Below are positions 1-4,785 of a stretch of DNA of 7,935 nucleotides, one piece after another (position 1 is the stretch's first letter; the number at the start of each line of letters is the position of its first letter). Source of the stretch: an uncultured Bacillales bacterium (lineage in GTDB: Bacteria; Bacillota_I; Bacilli_A; RF39; UBA660); the NCBI GenBank assembly GCA_947089915.1, contig CAMUMB010000055.1, positions 1 to 7,935 on the forward strand, written 5' to 3'. A program made the translations under genes and the position numbers. The notes below the pieces were generated by a model, which was not told the DNA's origin, did not search any database, and saw only the letters and a program-made list of their open reading frames with translations.

Positions 1-94
1 ATGTCATTTTCATATAAAAAGATTCAATCCCATAGAAAAAGTGATTGAACCCTATAAGTAAATATTTTTGGTTTTATTTTAGAAGAAAATAGGA

Positions 95-115
95 GTTACA
101 GATGAAATCTGTAAC
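95..115. other. Perfect 9-bp inverted repeat (GTTACAGAT-gaa-ATCTGTAAC) in the upstream intergenic region; function unknown
   Basis: Arms 95..103 and 107..115 are exact reverse complements with a 3-nt loop. No T-run follows directly (the T-run starts near 137), so a terminator role is not supported. Confidence 0.4.
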
Positions 116-207
116 AAAACCATCGCAGAAATGTGATTTTTTTTAATAAATATTGTTTTTGTATATTTTGTTAAAATTTATTCTTTAAATTATAACAATC
201 TAGGTAT

Positions 208-236
208 TTTAAAAAAATAATAACTTGTGCTATAAT
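208..236 (+). promoter_or_regulatory. Candidate sigma70-type promoter with extended -10, upstream of the avd-like gene
   Basis: TGcTATAAT at 228..236 is an extended -10 with a perfect TATAAT at 231..236. A weak -35-like TTTAAA sits at 208..213 with a 17-bp spacer. AGGAG (244..248) and the start codon follow. AT-rich background makes chance matches likely. Confidence 0.4.
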
Positions 237-258
237 ACCAACTAGGAGTTGTGATGTA

Positions 259-843
259 GTGTTGCAGGTAAATAGAAATGGTAGTTTAAAAATACCAAAG
301 CAAATAGAACAATATGAAACAAGTGCAAATAGTATAGAGGATGCAGTTGCAATCAAAAAAGCACTTACGAGTGTAAATGAACAAAAAATAAATATAAATA
401 CTTTAAGAGAAAAATTAGAAATAGAAGATCAGGAATTAGAAAGAATTTCTAAGATTCCCTTTAATGCAAATGATTTAATGGTAATTACGGTTGTAAAGAA
501 GTTAGGTGCTTATGTAATTGCAGTAACAGAAAAATCTCCTAAAAAGTTTAGAGGCGTATTTGTTAATAGAATGCAGAATTATTGTTTAGATACATTAGAA
601 TTATTATTAGAAGCAAATTTGATTCGAATGGACTCGGAAACAAATAAAATAAATCGAGAACAATTTCAAAAAGAGGCTATTGTGAAGCTAAAATTACTGG
701 GATATGTTGCGATGATTGCAGAGAGTTCTAATTGTATTTTGAAAAAACAGTATAAACAAATATCCATTCAATTAGCGGAAGCCATTAATTTAATTGCTGC
801 TTGGAAAAAGAGTGATGATGAAAGATGGCGCAGGAAGAGTTAG
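259..843 (+). CDS. avd: Avd-like accessory variability determinant (four-helix-bundle protein) with an N-terminal extension of about 73 aa
   Basis: The C-terminal ~120 aa (DLMVITVVKKLGAYVIAVTEKSPKKFRGVFVNRMQNYCLDTLELLLEANL...KLKLLGYVAMIAE...QLAEAINLIAAWKKS) resemble DGR Avd / four-helix-bundle proteins. The gene lies directly upstream of the TR and RT. AGGAG at 244..248 favours GTG 259 or TTG 262 as the start. The only internal in-frame ATG (478) has no SD. Stop is TAG 841..843. Confidence 0.75.
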   Translation: MLQVNRNGSLKIPKQIEQYETSANSIEDAVAIKKALTSVNEQKININTLREKLEIEDQELERISKIPFNANDLMVITVVKKLGAYVIAVTEKSPKKFRGVFVNRMQNYCLDTLELLLEANLIRMDSETNKINREQFQKEAIVKLKLLGYVAMIAESSNCILKKQYKQISIQLAEAINLIAAWKKSDDERWRRKS

Positions 844-922
844 GATTTTAGATTGAAAAATCTTTAATTAAGGAGAAAATTTACATTTGTGCATTTTTGT
901 TTTCGGCCCCTTTGTTGTTCTT

Positions 923-996
923 CGCGCGCGTCGTTAATAAAAACGGTAATAAGAACTAAAATAATGTTAGAAAACGGGATGTAGGAGCCCGTCCAG
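923..996 (+). repeat. DGR template repeat (TR)
   Basis: Noncoding and located between avd and the RT. It aligns ungapped with 2522..2595 (offset 1599), 63/74 identical. At 9 of the 11 mismatches this copy carries A. It contains 28 adenines and is flanked by GC-rich blocks (CGCGCGCGTCG and CGGGATGTAGGAGCCCGTCCAG) in an otherwise AT-rich locus. Confidence 0.9.
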
Positions 997-1164
997 ATTC
1001 ACTTTTGAAGAGATTTTAAAAAAATCTAGAAAACAGATGAGAGAAGTTTATTTTTGGTAAAATAAGCCTGTATTGTAAGGTGAAGGAATTTTCTTCTTTT
1101 CTAATCGCTAAAAGAGAAGTCTTAGATGCGATGGAAAAATAATAAACACTCACACAAACAATGA
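997..1164 (+). ncRNA. Putative spacer (Sp) segment of the DGR RNA between the TR and the RT start; boundaries uncertain
   Basis: The position matches the Sp region of the characterised Bordetella phage BPP-1 DGR RNA (TR followed by a spacer before brt). It contains three AT-rich hairpins: 1011..1027 (AGATTTT-aaa-AAAATCT), 1048..1065 (TTATTTT-tggt-AAAATAA) and 1093..1119 (CTTCTTTT / AAAAgaGAAG with a 2-nt bulge). No credible ORF. Confidence 0.4.
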
Positions 1165-1218
1165 ATGAATACATTCCTTGGGCGTTATATGGGGTGTTTC
1201 TTTTTTGAGGGAGTATTT

Positions 1219-2250
1219 ATGAATTTAGAAGAAATTTTTACATTTGAAAACTTATATGAAGCATATCAAAATTGTCGAAAATCCAAACAACACAAAGGAG
1301 AAGTGATTCGGTTTGAGACCAATTTGGCTGTTCATATACATGAGTTAATGCAAGCTATTTATAAACGTAAATATCAATTGGGTTCTTATAAAATATTTTA
1401 TATTTATGAACCTAAAGAGCGTTTAATAGAAGCTTTGCCGTTTAAAGACAGAGTGGTGATTCGCTGCTTTTGTGATGTTTGTCTAAAACCAAAAATAGAA
1501 AAGAAATTGATCTATGATAATTGTGCTTGTCGAAAAGGGAAAGGTACTACGTTTGCAATCAATCGGCTACATCAATTTTTACGAAAAATTTATAATAAAG
1601 TAAAAAGTAATCAATTTTATTTTTTAAAATGTGATATTCATAAATACTTTCCAAGCATTCATCATGATATTTTAATCACCTTACTTGAAAAAATTGAGTT
1701 TTCGGAAGATGAAATGTGGATGATTCAAAAATTAATCCAGGAGCAACCTAATGCGGCGAATAGAGGTTTGCCTCTTGGAAATCAATCGAGTCAGTGGTTT
1801 GCCCTTTATTATTTAAATGTAGTAGACCGATATATCAAAGAAGTGCTGCAAGTAAAGTATTATGTAAGGTATATGGATGATATGATTTTAATTCATGAGG
1901 ACAAAAAGTTTTTAAAGTATTGCAAGAATGAGATAGAAAGAATATGCCATAATGAGTTAAAATTAGAACTCAATCAAAAAACACAAATTGGTATGGTCAA
2001 AAATGGAATTGATTTTTTAGGATATCGACATATTGTTACGCCTAGTGGAAAATTGATTATGAAATTGCGATATTCTTCGAAACAGAGAATGAGAAAACAT
2101 TTAAAAACAATGAATAAATTATATCAAAAGGGAATTGTTGATGAAACTTATGTATTGATTCGAAAAAATGCTTTTTACAATCATATAAAAAATACAAATG
2201 AATATTTTCTTAGACAGACAATTTTATTGGAAGATATAAATAAACTGTAA
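1219..2250 (+). CDS. DGR-type reverse transcriptase
   Basis: YMDD catalytic motif at 1870..1881 (VRYMDDMILIH). DGR-signature LGNQSSQ ([I/L]GxxxSQ) at 1774..1794. Other RT motifs include PKERLIEALPFKDRVVIRCF, ACRKGKGT, LKCDIHKYFPSIHH and GIDFLGY. The start was moved to ATG 1219 because it is preceded by GAGGGAG (1207..1213) and the typical N-terminus MNLEEIFTFENLYEAY begins there. The track's 1165 start adds an implausible leader. Stop is TAA 2248..2250. Confidence 0.9.
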   Translation: MNLEEIFTFENLYEAYQNCRKSKQHKGEVIRFETNLAVHIHELMQAIYKRKYQLGSYKIFYIYEPKERLIEALPFKDRVVIRCFCDVCLKPKIEKKLIYDNCACRKGKGTTFAINRLHQFLRKIYNKVKSNQFYFLKCDIHKYFPSIHHDILITLLEKIEFSEDEMWMIQKLIQEQPNAANRGLPLGNQSSQWFALYYLNVVDRYIKEVLQVKYYVRYMDDMILIHEDKKFLKYCKNEIERICHNELKLELNQKTQIGMVKNGIDFLGYRHIVTPSGKLIMKLRYSSKQRMRKHLKTMNKLYQKGIVDETYVLIRKNAFYNHIKNTNEYFLRQTILLEDINKL

Positions 2251-2312
2251 AAAAATGACAAAAGGTGTCTACAATGAGCAAAATTATGTTATGATATAGG
2301 TGGTGATTTACT

Positions 2313-2558
2313 ATGTTAGATTTTACTTTTTTGGAAACAGAACAAATATTTGGTGATAAACAATTAGATATATTTAAATTGTATGGAACCAAATGTGCAA
2401 TTTCGGATTTTGCTATTTTATTAGGTGGTTATGTAGCAAATAGTACATATACAAGTGAAGGAAGTACATTAAAAGACCGTACTGGTTGGTGGTGGACAAA
2501 GACTTCAGATGGAGATAATGACGCGCGCGTCGTTAATGGAGACGGGTCTAATTACTAG
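2313..2558 (+). CDS. N-terminal fragment (81 aa) of the DGR target, ending at a TAG inside the VR
   Basis: ATG 2313 is preceded by AGGTGGTGA (2298..2306). The product ...GWWWTKTSDGDNDARVVNGDGSNY* carries the front part of a WWxx[ST]...G[VA]RPAL-type module. The stop TAG 2556..2558 falls in the middle of the variable positions. Confidence 0.7.
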   Translation: MLDFTFLETEQIFGDKQLDIFKLYGTKCAISDFAILLGGYVANSTYTSEGSTLKDRTGWWWTKTSDGDNDARVVNGDGSNY

Positions 2559-2595
2559 AATGATGTTAGAAAGCGGGATGTAGGAGCCCGTCCAG
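2522..2595 (+). repeat. DGR variable repeat (VR) within the target gene
   Basis: Cognate of TR 923..996. Substitutions occur at TR-A positions 939, 940, 942, 948, 949, 954, 959, 963 and 974 (VR 2538, 2539, 2541, 2547, 2548, 2553, 2558, 2562, 2573). Two non-A differences lie at VR 2546 and 2552. The first 13 bp and last 22 bp are invariant. Confidence 0.9.
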
Positions 2596-2601
2596 CTTTA
2601 C
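2574..2601 (+). promoter_or_regulatory. IMH-like element (initiation of mutagenic homing) at the 3' end of the VR
   Basis: A 22-bp GC-rich block, CGGGATGTAGGAGCCCGTCCAG, is identical in TR (975..996) and VR (2574..2595) even though it contains 4 adenines. The next 6 nt diverge (TR ATTCAC vs VR CTTTAC), as expected for an IMH*/IMH pair that sets directionality. Confidence 0.5.
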
Positions 2602-2636
2602 CATACTCTTCTATCTCTTCCATCTCCTCGAACGAA

Positions 2637-4397
2637 GTGAGAGGGGCATGTGGACTTCCTGAAGTTGACTTTGGAGAATTACCACAAACTGCTATGGAAG
2701 ATAATTTTGCAAGACAATTGGAAAATACATACCAAATTGGTATGAAAGAAATAGGAAACAAATATACAACAGATTCTGTTGCTTATGATGATTATGACAC
2801 GCCTTTTCAGGCACGCGAATTTACTGAGTACGAGTATATGCAAGAAAGATATATTCGCTTTTTGGGTGATAAAAATGGAGCAGGAAAGGTGCTTTCAACA
2901 GGAGCGAAGGTAGAAATTGGGAAACCATATTGGGTGAAAGTAGAAAAAGTTCGTTGGTTCGTAGATAAAAAGAATGATATTGTGCTTCCTAAAATCATTT
3001 TGTTTGCAGGTGTGCAATTCAATCAGATTAGAAATTATATGGGAGATTTTGCAAATACAGATATCAAAAAATACATGGATAATTGTTTTGCAAAAGAAAT
3101 ACAGACAAATAAAGTGGATTACCTGATAACTGATACCGATACCAGTATTCGTAAAACAAGACTTCAAAATCTCAATCCAGATACCACAATCGCATCTGAA
3201 AGAAGAAAAATGACATATACCGAAATGATTCAAAATTGGATTGAAGCAGGGGAATCAGTACTATTAAGAGGACCATCTGGAATTGGAAAGACAGAACGTA
3301 TTCGTAAATTATATCCAAATTTAATCTATCTCAAATTGACCAACAATATGCTTCCTGAGAAGGTAGTTGGTTCTAGTAACTTTCAAACGGGGCAAAATAT
3401 TCCACCTAATTTTGCCAAGCAGGCGATTTTAAATTGTGCGACGGAAGAAGAAAAGAAAATGGTTGCAAGTAATATTCAAAGCTTATATGACCTTGCTGAT
3501 ACCATATATGAAAGATCAAAGACAAGTAATGAAAAAATTGTAATATTATTAGATGAACTTTTGAATGTAAAACCAGTGGTACAATCACTTGTCTATACCC
3601 TCGTTTTGAATCGGATTGTAGAAACAGGAAGTGGTTTAAAGTTACCAGAAAATACCGTGATTGTGGCGACTGGAAATCCGCAAAAATATTCTAGTGTTGC
3701 AGAAGAATTAGCAGAACCACTAGAAAAGAGATTTGATCATATATTAGATATGGAACCACGTGTTTCAGAATGGATTTATGAATATGCAATTCCAAATCAG
3801 TTGCATCCTTCTGTGATTGGATATATTGTTTCAAAATATATGGAAAATCAAAGAAGAGAAGATATTCCTTCGATTGGATACTTTTATGAAGAACCAGAGG
3901 TAGGGGAAAGGGATAAAGATCGTAATGGTTGTCGTGGTAGAACCAATGACCCAAGAGGGTGGACATCCATTTCTCATACACTATGTGCATTTGAAAAAAA
4001 TTTAGTAGAAGGCAAATATGTGGGTAAAGATGTAGAACATTTATTGCAAATGTCTGTCGCAACCAAATTGCGTGAATCTTGGGCAAGAGAATTTTTGAAT
4101 TATTATAATATTCCAACACTTACCATAGAACAAGTTGTGAGTAAAACCTATACTCAGGCTGATTTACCAAGAAATACCAATGAGCGATATGCTTGTATGG
4201 TGGCATTGTTGTTAGCTGATGAGAACCAAGTGGGTACTTGTCGAGAATTTGTTCAGCAATATTGTGATCCTGAATATCGTGAATTATATGATTTACTATG
4301 GGTTGGAAATGATGAGATGCGGATGCTGAAAATGAGTGAATTACAACAATTAGAATTGCAAAAGAGGCAAATAGAGGGAGTTGGAAAAAGTAGATGA
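2637..4397 (+). CDS. MoxR/AAA_5-like AAA+ ATPase; downstream part of the DGR target frame, with doubtful independent initiation
   Basis: Walker A GPSGIGKT at 3270..3293. Walker B ILLDE with D-E at 3552..3557. Sensor-1-like VIVATGNP and an Arg in PLEKRFDHI. The frame is open from 2559. Stop TGA 4395..4397 overlaps the next start (ATGA). Confidence 0.8.
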   Translation: MRGACGLPEVDFGELPQTAMEDNFARQLENTYQIGMKEIGNKYTTDSVAYDDYDTPFQAREFTEYEYMQERYIRFLGDKNGAGKVLSTGAKVEIGKPYWVKVEKVRWFVDKKNDIVLPKIILFAGVQFNQIRNYMGDFANTDIKKYMDNCFAKEIQTNKVDYLITDTDTSIRKTRLQNLNPDTTIASERRKMTYTEMIQNWIEAGESVLLRGPSGIGKTERIRKLYPNLIYLKLTNNMLPEKVVGSSNFQTGQNIPPNFAKQAILNCATEEEKKMVASNIQSLYDLADTIYERSKTSNEKIVILLDELLNVKPVVQSLVYTLVLNRIVETGSGLKLPENTVIVATGNPQKYSSVAEELAEPLEKRFDHILDMEPRVSEWIYEYAIPNQLHPSVIGYIVSKYMENQRREDIPSIGYFYEEPEVGERDKDRNGCRGRTNDPRGWTSISHTLCAFEKNLVEGKYVGKDVEHLLQMSVATKLRESWAREFLNYYNIPTLTIEQVVSKTYTQADLPRNTNERYACMVALLLADENQVGTCREFVQQYCDPEYRELYDLLWVGNDEMRMLKMSELQQLELQKRQIEGVGKSR

Positions 4398-4774
4398 ATC
4401 AAGAATTAGTAGAGTTACAACGAGGGAGTTCGACTGGTGTTATTATACTGGATTGTATGTATCAAGACTTAGGACAAACTGCATATATGGATGCTAGTAT
4501 AGAAGATACCTATTTGTTTCGTTATGGAAATCCCATTTTCAAATCTAAATTGGAACAACTTTCTAGCAATGGAAAAACAACGTATTTTGTCATTCGCAGA
4601 ATAGATGCATTAATTACGGTACAACAAGAAAAATATATTGGACTCATCAAAGATAGAGAATTTATGGGGTATTCAATTCCTTCCAATGTCATTATTGTTT
4701 TTACAGTAGCATCAAAAGAATCTTTAAAAAATATTGCACCCAATCTTTATCAATTGTGTGTTGTAGCATTTTAG
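4394..4774 (+). CDS. Hypothetical 126-aa protein, translationally coupled between the ATPase and the VWA-peptidase genes
   Basis: The ATG at 4394 overlaps the ATPase stop (ATGA). Its TAG stop (4772..4774) overlaps the AGGAG RBS of the next gene. No recognisable motif and no TM segment. Confidence 0.65.
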   Translation: MNQELVELQRGSSTGVIILDCMYQDLGQTAYMDASIEDTYLFRYGNPIFKSKLEQLSSNGKTTYFVIRRIDALITVQQEKYIGLIKDREFMGYSIPSNVIIVFTVASKESLKNIAPNLYQLCVVAF

Positions 4775-4785
4775 GAGAGTTGTCT

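Larger units (their letters stand above)
2313..4397 (+). pseudogene. Single DGR target reading frame (variable module plus AAA+ ATPase) interrupted by one in-frame TAG; either a phase-OFF allele or a pseudogene
   Basis: 2313..2558 and 2637..4397 share a frame (2637-2313=324). The interval 2559..2636 has no stop and encodes NDVRKRDVGARPALPYSSISSISSNE, completing the conserved GARPAL motif. The downstream part has no SD before GTG 2637 or ATG 2694. Confidence 0.55.

Noticed and set aside
17-58. tRNA 3'-end or att-site-like sequence (GATTCAATCCC / GATTGAACCC resembling a T-arm)
   Set aside because: No complementary T-stem, acceptor stem or CCA context can be formed, so this is just T-loop-like hexamers in AT-rich DNA. 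It is reported only as a direct repeat.
844-863. Weak hairpins right after the avd stop (GATTTT...AAAATC, or AGATT-gaaa-AATCT, followed by TTT) as a terminator between avd and the TR
   Set aside because: The stems are only 5-6 bp and AT-only, with a very short T-run. Termination here would separate the TR and RT from the only plausible promoter.
870-937. SD-like AAGGAG (870..875) followed by a TTG-initiated 16-codon ORF (887..937) running into the TR
   Set aside because: The spacing is poor (11 nt), the start is non-ATG and the peptide is tiny and hydrophobic. The region is better explained as the 5' part of the noncoding DGR RNA.
1165-1218. Extended N-termini proposed by the ORF track (RT from 1165, VWA-peptidase from 4756, hypothetical protein from 6098)
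   Set aside because: Each has an internal ATG with a strong SD at correct spacing (1219, 4786, 6173). The extra residues do not match the family N-termini, and the 4756 extension would overlap the preceding gene.
844-2250. Retron (ncRNA upstream of an RT with an ATPase effector) or group II intron as the interpretation of the RT locus
   Set aside because: The RT has the DGR [I/L]GxxxSQ motif and YMDD and lacks a maturase/X or endonuclease domain. It is accompanied by an Avd-like gene and an A-biased TR/VR pair. No msr/msd-style long inverted repeats or intron domain V/VI structures were seen.
2251-2312. Independent promoter for the target gene (TGtTATGAT at 2287..2295; ATGACA at 2255..2260)
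   Set aside because: The -35-like and -10-like elements are 29 bp apart. A transcript starting after the -10 would begin inside the RBS (2298..2306). Co-transcription with the RT is more parsimonious.
2556-2558. TAG stop-codon reassignment (an alternative genetic code, as in some phages) as the explanation for the in-frame TAG
   Set aside because: TAG ends four other ORFs in this window at sensible positions (843, 4774, 6700, 7012), two of them next to RBS or terminator signals. TGA and TAA also act as stops, so code 11 fits.
171-4743. Minus-strand ORFs in the track (171..356, 2210..2392, 2555..2761, 2807..3022, 2895..3233, 3406..3588, 3691..4119, 4522..4743 and also 6266..6460)
   Set aside because: All are short and lie antisense within well-supported + strand genes or the avd promoter. 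They have low-complexity, Phe/Ile/Leu-rich products typical of AT-rich shadow frames and no RBS.
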